Both the position numbers and the translations under genes were made by a program. Shown here piece after piece: positions 50,821 to 60,196 of a stretch of 64,000 bases of DNA (position 1 is its first letter; every line of letters starts with the position of its first letter). Below the pieces are notes generated by a model. The model was not told where the DNA came from. It made no database searches and saw only the letters and a list, made by a program, of their open reading frames with translations. Source of the stretch: Candidatus Spongiisociaceae bacterium (lineage in GTDB: Bacteria; Actinomycetota; Acidimicrobiia; Spongiisociales; Spongiisociaceae); contig CBDCOH010000002.1 of the NCBI GenBank assembly GCA_965219685.1, positions 3,488,001 through 3,552,000 on the forward strand, written 5' to 3'.

Positions 50821-52161
50821 GTGGCTCCCGCTCCCGGCGCCGCAGATCGCCGCCTGTTCGGCACCGACGGTGTCCGGGGGGTCGCCAACATCGATCTCGA
50901 CGTGCCGCTCGTCTTCGACCTGGCCCGGGCCGCCGGCGAACTCATCGGAGGCGGGGCGGTGGTCGTCGGCCGCGACACCCGCCGCTCTGGCGACATGCTG
51001 GCGGCCGGACTGCAGGCGGGGTTCCACTCCGTAGGGGTCGACACCCTCGACGCCGGGATCATCCCGGTGGGCGGGGTGTCGTTCCTGATCCCCGAACTGG
51101 GCGCCCGCCTCGGGGTCATGGTGTCCGCCTCCCACAACCCCGCCCCGGACAACGGGGTGAAGTTCTTCGACGCCACGGGAGCCAAGCTGGACGACGGGCG
51201 GGAGGCCGAGATCGAGGCACGTCTCCGGCAGGGCGAGCCTTGGAAGACCCCGACAGGCGCAGGGGTGGGGGCGGCCCGTGCGATCCTCGACGCCACGGAC
51301 CGCTACCTGGCGGCAATCAGGCAGGATGCCGGCAGCTCTCTGGAGGGGCTCCGGCTGGCGCTCGACTGCGCCAACGGGGCCGCGTCCAGGGCTGCTCCGG
51401 AGCTGTTCGCCTCCCTGGGCGCGGACGTGGTCTCCCACTTCGCCTCGCCGGACGGCCTCAACATCAACGAGGCATGCGGCGCCACCACCCCCGGGTACCT
51501 GGCCGAGGTCGCCGACGGACGGCTCGGACTGTCGTTCGACGGCGACGCCGATCGCCTCATGGTGGTCGACGAGGACGGCCGGGTCGCCAACGGGGACGTG
51601 ATCCTCGCCGTCATCGCCCGGCACCTGAAGGAATGTGGGGAACTCCCCGGCAACCGGGTCGTGGCCACGGTCATGTCCAACCTGGGTTTCCGCATGGCCA
51701 TGCACGAAGCCGGTATCGAACTGGCCGAGACACGGGTGGGCGATCGCTACGTCATGGAGGCGATGCTGGCGGAGGGCGCCGTCCTGGGCGGCGAGCAGTC
51801 GGGTCACGTGATCCAACTCGACAGGGGCCGGACCGGGGACGGGCTCCGGACCGCGGTGCGCCTGCTCGATGTCATTACGGCCACCGGACGTACGCTGGCC
51901 GACCTGCGCAGCGAGGCGCTGGTCGAGTTCCCCCAGGTGCTCGAGAACGTGCGGGTCCGTTCCAAGGATCTGGAGGGGGCGGACCGGGTCTGGGAGGCGG
52001 TCCGCGCCGCCGAACGCGAACTGGGCGACGAGGGCCGTGTCCTGGTCCGGGCCTCCGGCACCGAGCCGGTCGTCCGCGTGATGGTCGAGGCCCCCACCAT
52101 GGCGTCGGCTCGCCGTGTAACCCACCGGCTCGTGGAGGTGATTGCCGCCGAACTCTCCTGA
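50821..52161 (+). CDS. glmM: Phosphoglucosamine mutase
   Basis: FGTDGVRG, SASHNP, DGDADR, GGEQSGH, RASGTEP. Confidence 0.97.
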   Translation: MAPAPGAADRRLFGTDGVRGVANIDLDVPLVFDLARAAGELIGGGAVVVGRDTRRSGDMLAAGLQAGFHSVGVDTLDAGIIPVGGVSFLIPELGARLGVMVSASHNPAPDNGVKFFDATGAKLDDGREAEIEARLRQGEPWKTPTGAGVGAARAILDATDRYLAAIRQDAGSSLEGLRLALDCANGAASRAAPELFASLGADVVSHFASPDGLNINEACGATTPGYLAEVADGRLGLSFDGDADRLMVVDEDGRVANGDVILAVIARHLKECGELPGNRVVATVMSNLGFRMAMHEAGIELAETRVGDRYVMEAMLAEGAVLGGEQSGHVIQLDRGRTGDGLRTAVRLLDVITATGRTLADLRSEALVEFPQVLENVRVRSKDLEGADRVWEAVRAAERELGDEGRVLVRASGTEPVVRVMVEAPTMASARRVTHRLVEVIAAELS

Positions 52162-52313
52162 ACCACGAGGGAACTTCAGCGCTTTGTCATGGCAGGGCGG
52201 TAAGATGAACTTGAGGCTGTAAGTTGCTTCGGGTCACCGAGGTGCATCGGTCCAACCATCGCCAGGGTCGAATCCCGCTCGCAGGGGTCGACCCTGGTTG
52301 ACGTCTGGCATGT

Positions 52314-53063
52314 CTACGGCCAAAGCATCCGCCAGGTACGGCGCTGGTACTTGACGTGGTCATCGAATAGTTTCCTCACAGCGGTGTCCGATCGTGGATC
52401 GCTCGGGCGGTGTCGGATACGTAGGCGCCGATTGAGGATGAACGCGACGAGATCGGCTAGCTGGATTCCTCTGTTTCGGTCCGATCGATCGAAGTAGACA
52501 TTGTCGACTACGTGGTCGAGCGGGATGTTGATCCCACTAGGCGCACCGATCCGCCCACCAAAGGCCTGCATCTCACTAATCAGATCCAGGGAGAACTGCT
52601 CCTGTTCCTGGTTCTCATCCGCTACCAGGAGCGCCCGCTGGCTAAGGCAGTTTTCTTGTTAACCTAGCCACTGCTCCAGCTTCTCTGTGAGAAACTGAAG
52701 GGCGAAACCATGGGGGTTCGGACTGTCGTAACCACGCGCAGCAAGTCCTTGCTTGTTGATGGATGCGTAGGCGACGCCCGCATCGACATGTCCCAAGACA
52801 GAGAGAGCCCTGGAGTACTGATCGATCCGTTGCCGAGGCGTAATCCCCTCCCATACGCCTGAACCACCGAAGAGTTCTTGACCGTGGTACTCGGTCAGTT
52901 TCTCTCTGGTAGGGGCTCTCGCAGCGAGATCGTCGAGTCGCTGGGACATCTCCTGGATACGATCCTCGCGAACCATCACAGCGACGAGTACGTGAAAGGG
53001 CTGGTCGGGATCACCGAGTTGACGGCCCGTGTTCCCCGACTCGTCGAGATAGCAGATGATCAT
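52314..53063 (-). pseudogene. DUF3800-like protein interrupted by an in-frame TAA
   Basis: YLDESG N-terminus and IQLADLVA C-terminal motif; the frame continues unshifted across TAA at 52659-52661 (EQWLG*QENCLSQRALLVADE). Confidence 0.8.
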
Positions 53064-53227
53064 CCGATCCTGCTCCTGCTGCTAGATTCCGTTGTGTACA
53101 TACTAATGACACAGGGCATAGATTGTTAACACTAGTCACTCTGTGAGTAGACGAGCGACGAACGGATTTGCCGCGGCCTTGCCGTTCCTTGCCGCCTAGA
53201 CTGGGCCTGACAACCGGATCGGGAGAT

Positions 53228-53372
53228 CTTTGAAGCGCCTGGCCCCGACCCTGGTCGGGGTGACGAGGAAGAGGGATTATCGAAACTTTCGGCGGATGCC
53301 CTCTCGGCTGTCCACGGTCGTGACGGTTCGGGTCAAAAGCCCCGGGTGACCGGGGTGACAGAGCCCGGATCG
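53228..53372 (+). ncRNA. glmS glucosamine-6-phosphate-activated ribozyme
   Basis: Conserved core AGCGCC-hairpin-GACGAGG..GGGATTATCGAAA.TTTCGGCGGATGCCC upstream of glmS. Confidence 0.93.
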
Positions 53373-53567
53373 ACGTGGAGTCCCGCCGGTCCGCGCCCAG
53401 CGGCCGGACGCGGGACCGCATGCCTCCCCCGCCACCCCGCGAGGGATGCGACGGGGCGGGCGGCACGATCCGAGGTACGGGCCTGCCGATGCGGGTTCCC
53501 CGCCTCACCCTCCTGATCGGTGAGCGGAATGCGGGTGTCCCGCATGCGGATGATCGAGGAGGACGGC

Positions 53568-55406
53568 ATGTGCGGAATCGTCGGCTACGTAGGCCCCAGA
53601 TCGGCGCAGGAGGTCCTGGTCCGGGGGCTGCGCCGCCTCGAGTACCGGGGTTACGACTCGGCGGGAGTGGCGGTGGCCCACAACGGCTCGGTGGCGGTGT
53701 CCAAGGCCGAAGGCAAGCTGGACCGGTTGGTGGCCCGCCTGGAGGAGGCGCCGCTGCGGGGGCGGTCGGGGATCGGCCACACCCGCTGGGCCACCCACGG
53801 TGTTCCGTCGGACCGCAACGCCCACCCCCACACCGACACCACGGGGGACTTCGTGGTGGTCCACAACGGGATCGTCGAGAACTACCGGGAGTTGCGCAGC
53901 GAGCTGGAGGCCGCGGGGGTCCGTTTCCGGTCGGAGACCGACACCGAGGTGCTGGCGCACCTGGTGGCCGCGGTCTACGACGGCGACCTGAAGGAAGCGG
54001 TGCGCACGGCTATCGCCCGGGCCTCCGGGGCCTACGCGCTGGTGGCGATGACCTGCCACGAGCCGGGTCGCATCGTGGCCGCCCGGATGATCAGCCCTCT
54101 GGTGGTGGGACTGGGCGACGGTGAGACCTTCCTGGCCTCCGACATGCCGGCGGTGCTGGACTACACCCGCCGCTTCCTGATCGTCGAGGACGGCGAGATC
54201 GCCGAGGTCACCGTAGACGGCGTCACCATCGAGACGCTCGACGGCGACGCGGTCGAGCGTTCTCCCTTCACGGCCCACTGGGACACCGACTCGGTGCAGA
54301 AGAGCGGCTTCGACCACTTCATGCTCAAGGAGATACACGAGCAGCCCGAGGTCATCGCCCGGACGCTGGGCGGCCGTCTGCGCGAGCACCCCGGCGGCGC
54401 CGCCGAGACGGCTCTCGACGAGCTCTCGTGGGTGCGGGGCGACCCCGCCGACGTGGACAAGATCTGGATCACCGCCTGCGGGACCGCCTACCACGCCGGT
54501 GTGGTGGGCAGGGCCCTGTTCGAGCGTCTGGCGGCCATCCCCACCGAGGTGGCCTACGCGCACGAGTTGCGCTACAGCAACCCCCTGATCAGGGAGGGAT
54601 CGCTCGCCCTGGCCATAAGCCAGTCCGGGGAGACCGCCGACACCCTGGCCGCGGCCCGTCTGGCCCGCCGGGAGGGCTCCTCCCTGCTGGCCCTGACCAA
54701 CGTGGTCGGCTCCAGCCTGGCCAGGGAGGCGGACGACGTCCTGTACACGTGGGCCGGGCCCGAGATCTCGGTGGCGTCCACCAAGGCATACCTGGCCATG
54801 CTGGTGGGGGAGAGCCTGCTGGCGATCTGGCTGGGACGGGCGAGGGGCGTCCTGGACCCGGGCGAGGAGCGGAGGCTGGCCGCCGAGTTGCGCACCCTCC
54901 CCGGGAAGGCCGAGTCGATACTCGGGGACCTGGACAGGCCGCGCCGCCTCGCCGCGGATCTGGCCCGGGCCGTCGGCATCTACTTCATAGGCCGGGGCCT
55001 CGACTACGCCACCGCCATGGAGGGCGCTCTCAAGCTCAAGGAGATCTCCTACATCCACGCCGAGGCGATGCCGGCCGGCGAGCTGAAGCACGGGACGCTG
55101 GCATTAGTCACCGAAGGGACGCCGGTGGTGGCGGTCGCCACCCAGCAGGACGTGCAGTCCAAGATGCTCCTCGGCCTCCAGGAGGTGAAGGCCCGGCGGG
55201 CCACGGTCATCGCCGTCGCCTACGAGGACGACGACGAGATCGGGCTGGTCGCCGACCACGTCCTGCGCATCCCTCGCACTGCCGACGTTCTCTCGCCGAT
55301 CCTGGCCGCCATCCCCCTCCAGCTGCTCGCCTACTACACGGCCCGCCGACTCGGTCGCGACATCGACCAGCCCCGCAACCTGGCCAAGAGCGTCACCGTG
55401 GAGTGA
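53568..55406 (+). CDS. glmS: Glutamine--fructose-6-phosphate transaminase
   Basis: MCGIVGY, LEYRGYDSAG, GHTRWATHG, SQSGET, PRNLAKSVTVE. Confidence 0.99.
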   Translation: MCGIVGYVGPRSAQEVLVRGLRRLEYRGYDSAGVAVAHNGSVAVSKAEGKLDRLVARLEEAPLRGRSGIGHTRWATHGVPSDRNAHPHTDTTGDFVVVHNGIVENYRELRSELEAAGVRFRSETDTEVLAHLVAAVYDGDLKEAVRTAIARASGAYALVAMTCHEPGRIVAARMISPLVVGLGDGETFLASDMPAVLDYTRRFLIVEDGEIAEVTVDGVTIETLDGDAVERSPFTAHWDTDSVQKSGFDHFMLKEIHEQPEVIARTLGGRLREHPGGAAETALDELSWVRGDPADVDKIWITACGTAYHAGVVGRALFERLAAIPTEVAYAHELRYSNPLIREGSLALAISQSGETADTLAAARLARREGSSLLALTNVVGSSLAREADDVLYTWAGPEISVASTKAYLAMLVGESLLAIWLGRARGVLDPGEERRLAAELRTLPGKAESILGDLDRPRRLAADLARAVGIYFIGRGLDYATAMEGALKLKEISYIHAEAMPAGELKHGTLALVTEGTPVVAVATQQDVQSKMLLGLQEVKARRATVIAVAYEDDDEIGLVADHVLRIPRTADVLSPILAAIPLQLLAYYTARRLGRDIDQPRNLAKSVTVE

Positions 55407-55660
55407 GTGGTGAGTAGTGAGTAGTGAGTAGTGAGTGGTGATTGGTTAGAACTCCACCATTCACCATTCACCATTCACCATTCACCATTCACCATTCACC
55501 ATTCACCATTCACGATTCACCATTCACGATTCACCAACCCACCATTCACGATTCACCATTCACGATTCACCATTCACGATTCACCATTCACGATTCACCA
55601 TTCACGATTCACCATTCACCATTCACCATTCACCATTCACCAACCCACCAACCCACCATC
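55404..55660. repeat. Bipartite inverted heptamer array: (TGAGTRG)x~6 facing (CACSATT)x~29
   Basis: Starts at the glmS stop; second arm 55455-55660 mixes CACCATT, CACGATT and CACCAAC. Confidence 0.97.
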
Positions 55661-55672
55661 TAGCCTGAATCC

Positions 55673-56062
55673 ATGCGCATCATCGGGCTGGGTGTGGACC
55701 TGGCCGACATATCCCGGATCGAGCGGGTGCTGGCCCGCTATCCCCGGTTCGCCCGGCGCTGCTTCACCACCCACGAGCGGGAGTACGCCGAGCGGTTCGC
55801 CCGGCCTTCCCGCCGCTACGCAGCCCGGTTCGCAGGCAAGGAGGCGGTGATGAAGTCGCTCGGCACCGGCTACCGCAGGGTGCGCTGGACCGACATCGAG
55901 ATCACGGGAGGGGGCAAACCCACCGTGAACCTCGCCGGGACCGCCGCGGCCCGGGCCGGACATCTCGGCGTCACCCATGTCGAGGTCGCCATCACCCACA
56001 CCGACACCGAGGCACTGGTGTTCGCGGTGGCGCTCGGTGAGCATCACGCGGAGCAAGCCTGA
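55673..56062 (+). CDS. acpS: Holo-ACP synthase
   Basis: GLGVDL, AARFAGKEAVMKSLGTG, ITH. Confidence 0.95.
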   Translation: MRIIGLGVDLADISRIERVLARYPRFARRCFTTHEREYAERFARPSRRYAARFAGKEAVMKSLGTGYRRVRWTDIEITGGGKPTVNLAGTAAARAGHLGVTHVEVAITHTDTEALVFAVALGEHHAEQA

Positions 56063-56118
56063 CGGTCGGCTGACCATTCAGATGTTCACCCCGTGGTAAC
56101 ACCCCGACACCCAACCAC

Positions 56119-57039
56119 CTAGGACAGTGCCCGGCGCAGAGCCTCCAGGAACGAGGCGCGGGAGACTTCCCGGACGACCCGGGCGTTGGGAGCGCGGCCA
56201 CCGAGGCCTTGCCAGTCGATGCTCTGCACCCCCCGGTCCGGACCATCGCCGGTTTGCACCTCTATATATACGTGCGCGGTCGAGGCCATCGACGGGTCGA
56301 GGGCCACCGCCATGGCGATCGGATCGGGAAGGTCGAAACCGGCCAGCCCCGTATCGCGGGCGTAGCCGTCCAGCACCGCCTGGCAGTCGACGGCCACCTC
56401 CGCGTAGGGGGTGCCCAGCGAGCGCAATGCCGCCGCCTCCTCCGGCGAGAAGGTGGCCGAGGCCACCGAGATGTCCCACCCGACGACGGTCTTGGGCATG
56501 GGCGCCCGCACCACGATGGCCGCCGCTTCGGGATCGGCCCAGAAGTTGTACTCGGCCAGAGGGGTGACGTTGCCGTGCCCGGCACCGGTGCCGCCCATGA
56601 TGTAGCAGTGGCGGATCGCCCTCGCCAGCCGGGGCGCCCGGGTGAGGGCCAGGGCCACGTTGGTGAGCGGTCCCAGCGTCACGAGGTCGATCTCGCCGGG
56701 CCGGTCCAGGAAGGAGTCGATCAGTACGTCGACGGCGTGTCCCTCCGAGGGGGTGCGGCCCCGCACCGGGAGTCCGATGTCGCCCATCCCATCCTCGCCG
56801 TGCACATCCTGGGCGGTCACGAGGTCCTGCACGATCGGGCGGGTCGCCCCGGCATGGACCGGAACCGCCCTTCCGCACAAGTCCGCCACGTACAGGGCGT
56901 TCTGGACCGCCTGGTCGATGCCCACGTTGCCTGCCACGACGGTGATGGCCTCCACCTCGGCTCGGGGGTGTCGCAGCGCCATCATCAGGGCCACCGCGTC
57001 GTCGGAGGCCGTGTCGGTGTCGATGACCACGGAACGCAT
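56119..57039 (-). CDS. Inosine/uridine-preferring nucleoside hydrolase family protein
   Basis: IDTDTASDDA, VAGN, HGEDG, LGPLTN, AEYNFWADPEAA. Confidence 0.93.
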   Translation of the reverse strand: MRSVVIDTDTASDDAVALMMALRHPRAEVEAITVVAGNVGIDQAVQNALYVADLCGRAVPVHAGATRPIVQDLVTAQDVHGEDGMGDIGLPVRGRTPSEGHAVDVLIDSFLDRPGEIDLVTLGPLTNVALALTRAPRLARAIRHCYIMGGTGAGHGNVTPLAEYNFWADPEAAAIVVRAPMPKTVVGWDISVASATFSPEEAAALRSLGTPYAEVAVDCQAVLDGYARDTGLAGFDLPDPIAMAVALDPSMASTAHVYIEVQTGDGPDRGVQSIDWQGLGGRAPNARVVREVSRASFLEALRRALS

Positions 57040-57197
57040 CTGCCGGCCGGCTTCCCGATGAAGGCCCGTGCTGTCATGGGTCACAGGCCACAGACTAGAT
57101 AGTTAGGTGTTAGCTGTTAGGTCTTCGGTGTTAGATGGTACGTGGTGGTAGCGTCGCCTGGTGTACGCGAGTGCACATACCATAATATGCTGTTGAT

Positions 57198-57476
57198 ATG
57201 TGCAAACAGCGTCTCACAGTCACAGTGGACGAGGATCTCCTTGGAGCAGCCGCCGCGGCGGTAGCCGACGGTCGTGCCGGATCGGTGAGCGAGTGGGTCG
57301 CCGGAGCCATGGCACAGCGGTTGGCCGGAGACCGGCGCCTCGCCGCGCTCGGCGAGTTGATCGACGACTACGAGGTCGCACATGGGGTCATAAGCGAGGA
57401 CGAGATGGCCGAACAGGCCCAGCGGGACCGGGAGGCCGCCGCGGTGTCGCGGATGGCCGCCAGGCAAGCCGGATGA
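57198..57476 (+). CDS. Putative RHH-type antitoxin
   Basis: RLTVTVDE..L..A..AV..G.A.SVS.WV; ATGA overlap with the PIN gene. Confidence 0.75.
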   Translation: MCKQRLTVTVDEDLLGAAAAAVADGRAGSVSEWVAGAMAQRLAGDRRLAALGELIDDYEVAHGVISEDEMAEQAQRDREAAAVSRMAARQAG

Positions 57477-57855
57477 CCGTCATTCTGGACTCGGGCGCGT
57501 TCGTTGCGCTGGAGCGAGACGAACGGGCGATGTGGCGCCGCCTCAAAGCAGCGCTGCAATCGGGTACTCCGCTGCTAACCCACGGTGGCGTGTGATCGCT
57601 CAGGTATGGCACGGGGGTGCGGGCCGCCAAGCCCGGCTCGCCCGGGCGCTGCACGCTGTCGAGACCGTCGCGCTCGACGAGGAGTTGGGCCGCCGGGCCC
57701 GTGTACTGCTCGCCCGTTCGGGACTTAGCGATGCGGTCGACGCAGCACTGGCGGCTATGGCCACCCACGGTGATCGGATCATCACCTCTGACCCCGACGA
57801 CCTCGCCGCCCTTGTCGCCGCCGGCGACCGCCGGGTCGACGTCATTCCGGTCTGA
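57473..57855 (+). pseudogene. PIN-domain (VapC-like) toxin, frameshifted
   Basis: MTVILDSGAFVALER...HGGV, then frameshift at gtgtgatc (about 57590) to VIAQVW...DAVDAAL...IITSDPDDL. Confidence 0.8.
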
Positions 57856-58085
57856 GCCAGGCCACAGGTCGACATCGACCGCCAACCGGAACGTTTGAAC
57901 TGCCAAGCGGAATGACCCTGCGGTATCCACTCACCACCTGCCGGGCGATCTCGATGCCTTCAGTTCCACAAGATCCTTACGGGAAGGTCGCGCCGGGCGA
58001 GCAGGTCCAGCAGGTGCTAGCTCCAGTGGTTTCCAGTATGGAATGTAGCTGCGACGACGTTGGCCGATCCTGCCAGTCTGCGTGC

Positions 58086-59261
58086 TCAGCGGTCCGTGGC
58101 GCTGTCGTCTAGGCGCCGGGCGAGCTCGGGTATGTCGCGGTCCTCGAGGTTGGCGAAGGCCAGGCGGAGGTAGCGGTCCTGGTCGGGTCCGAACATCTCC
58201 CCGCCGAGGCAGAGCACTGCGTGCTCCTCGAACAGCCGGCGAGCTACCTTCACTCCCGGAACTCCCTCGAAGGGATGGCGGACGTAGGCGAAGTAGGCCC
58301 CCGCCGAGACCACCTCGTAGGAACTGCCCAGCATGGCGTCCCCGAACTGCCGCACCCGGCGGTTCATGGTCGAGCGGTTCCGCTCCACCCAGCCCGCCAG
58401 GTGACCGAGCCCGTAGAGGGCCGCCTCCTGGCCGAGCCGGCTGGGACAGATGGTCAGGCAGTCGGCCACCTTGTCCACCTCGTGCAGGAGGTCGGGGGAG
58501 GCGGTCATCGCACCGACCCGGTAGCCGGGGATGGAGTAGACCTTGGAGAAGCTCTCGATGTGGATCACCGTCCGGTCCCACCGCGGATCGGCGAACAGGT
58601 CGTGGGCCGGGCCGGTGCCGGACCGGAAGTCGCGGTATGTCTCGTCGACGATCAGGTGGATGCCCGCCCCGGCCGCCAAGCCTGCGAAGTCGGAGATGAG
58701 CTCCGGGGGGTATACCCGCCCGGTGGGGTTGTTGGGGGTCACCAGGACGATGGCCCTGGTGCGCTCGTCCAGCAGGGCCGCGGCGCCCTCCACCGGGGGG
58801 AGCATGTCCTCGGAGCACTCGAGGTAGGCCGCCTCGACCCCCGCCATGTTGAGCCACATGTCGTAGTTGAAGTAGTAGGGCACCGGCATGACCACCCGGT
58901 CGCCCGGTTCGCACAGCACCGACGCGGCCAGGCAGAAGGCCTGGTTGGCCCCGGCGGTGATCGCCACCTGCTCCGGCCGCACCACGCCGCCGTAGGACGT
59001 CGACAGGTCCTCGGCCAGCGCCGCGCGCAGCGGCGCCTCGCCCAGCACCGGGCCGTAGCGGGACACCTGCGCCTGGTCCAGCCCGGAGACATGTTCGATC
59101 AGCCCCCGTTCCGGCGCGTAGCCGGGAGCGGCCTGGGCAACGTCGATCAGCGGCAGGTCAGGGTTCTGGAGCCCGGCCGCCACCCACGACCGCACCTCGC
59201 TGATGGGGGAACTGACCGTGGCCAGAACCTGTCGGTTGAGGCCCGGAGACACCCTGTCCAT
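58086..59261 (-). CDS. Class I/II PLP-dependent aminotransferase
   Basis: TAGANQA, VTPNNPTG, DETY, SFSKVYSIPGYRVG. Confidence 0.93.
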   Translation of the reverse strand: MDRVSPGLNRQVLATVSSPISEVRSWVAAGLQNPDLPLIDVAQAAPGYAPERGLIEHVSGLDQAQVSRYGPVLGEAPLRAALAEDLSTSYGGVVRPEQVAITAGANQAFCLAASVLCEPGDRVVMPVPYYFNYDMWLNMAGVEAAYLECSEDMLPPVEGAAALLDERTRAIVLVTPNNPTGRVYPPELISDFAGLAAGAGIHLIVDETYRDFRSGTGPAHDLFADPRWDRTVIHIESFSKVYSIPGYRVGAMTASPDLLHEVDKVADCLTICPSRLGQEAALYGLGHLAGWVERNRSTMNRRVRQFGDAMLGSSYEVVSAGAYFAYVRHPFEGVPGVKVARRLFEEHAVLCLGGEMFGPDQDRYLRLAFANLEDRDIPELARRLDDSATDR

Positions 59262-59496
59262 CCGTGAATCCCATCCATGGCGAAAACGTTGTGCCCGACA
59301 TTCCCTGGCCGGACAAGAGAACTATATAGATAATGAGACGTGCCCTTGCCAGATGCCGTAGATGGCCTGGCATCATTGTCGAGTGCCCTCCCCGCTGTGG
59401 GCGGTGGAAGAGAAGGCGAGAAGAATCTCGCGAACCGTGATCCGCCCCAGGATTCTCGGAGACTATCTTCTTTCCTCGGAGAATATCCCTCCAATA

Positions 59497-59556
59497 CTCA
59501 ATTAAAACTTGAGGTTTTTTGATACCCTCGCTCTTTGAAATCAAGTTTCAGTTGAG
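59497..59556. promoter_or_regulatory. Inverted repeat, putative operator of the AbiEi-like gene
   Basis: ctcaattaaaacttga (59497-59512) and tcaagtttcagttgag (59541-59556), 14/16 complementary, in AT-rich DNA. Confidence 0.65.
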
Positions 59557-59560
59557 GACT

Positions 59561-60154
59561 ATGCGTACCAGCCGCCAGGATCTCCGTCGCGAGCTGTTCC
59601 AGCTCGCCGTAACGCAGGGGGGCTACTTCACTGCTGCCCAAGCGCGGGAGATCGGCTACTCCTACCAAGCGCAGCACTACCACGCGCAAACGGGTAACTG
59701 GGTCCGAGTCGATCGAGGTCTATATCAACTCTTCGGATGGCCGGTGGGCCTGCACGACGACCTGATTCGCTGGACGCTATGGGCCGGAGGCCGAGCGGTC
59801 GTTTCCCACGAGTCCGCACTGGACGTTCACAATATCGGCGAGTTCAGCCCGGCTCGGGTCCACCTGACCGCACCGAGGGGTTTCTCGAAGCGCTCGGTCG
59901 GTGTGGTGATCCATCCGGCCACGCTGGATAGAGCCGACATCGAGGAGCGAGAAGGGTTTCGAGTGACGCGACCGGTCAGGTCACTGGTCGACGTCGCTGC
60001 CGCCGGTGCGGACGGCGACCAGCTCGACCGTGCGATCGAGGAGGGTCGGGAACTCGGCGTGGTCACACCTCGTCTACTCCGGGAACGAGCCGAGGACGTG
60101 GGCCTCAAGGCCGCCCTGCGTATCGAGCAGGCTCTCGGCAGGCTCGGTCTCTGA
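59561..60154 (+). CDS. AbiEi-family (type IV TA antitoxin-like) wHTH regulator
   Basis: LA..QGGYFTAAQA...G, RVDRGLY, VSHESAL, VT...RSLVD. Confidence 0.85.
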   Translation: MRTSRQDLRRELFQLAVTQGGYFTAAQAREIGYSYQAQHYHAQTGNWVRVDRGLYQLFGWPVGLHDDLIRWTLWAGGRAVVSHESALDVHNIGEFSPARVHLTAPRGFSKRSVGVVIHPATLDRADIEEREGFRVTRPVRSLVDVAAAGADGDQLDRAIEEGRELGVVTPRLLRERAEDVGLKAALRIEQALGRLGL

Positions 60155-60196
60155 TGCGCTATTGGTGGATCAGACTCGACGTACGGGGGAACTGAC

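Noticed and set aside
52659-52661. Selenocysteine or pyrrolysine recoding in the DUF3800-like gene
   Set aside because: The stop is TAA, not TGA or TAG.
55404-55660. CRISPR array
   Set aside because: Contiguous 7-mers with no unique spacers; no cas genes in the window.
55431-55850. ORFs with HHSPFTI repeats
   Set aside because: Translation artefact of the heptamer tract; overlaps acpS out of frame.
57890-58085. Possible transposase or nuclease remnant (YWKPL, LVELKA on the minus strand)
   Set aside because: Motifs are too short and lie in inconsistent context.
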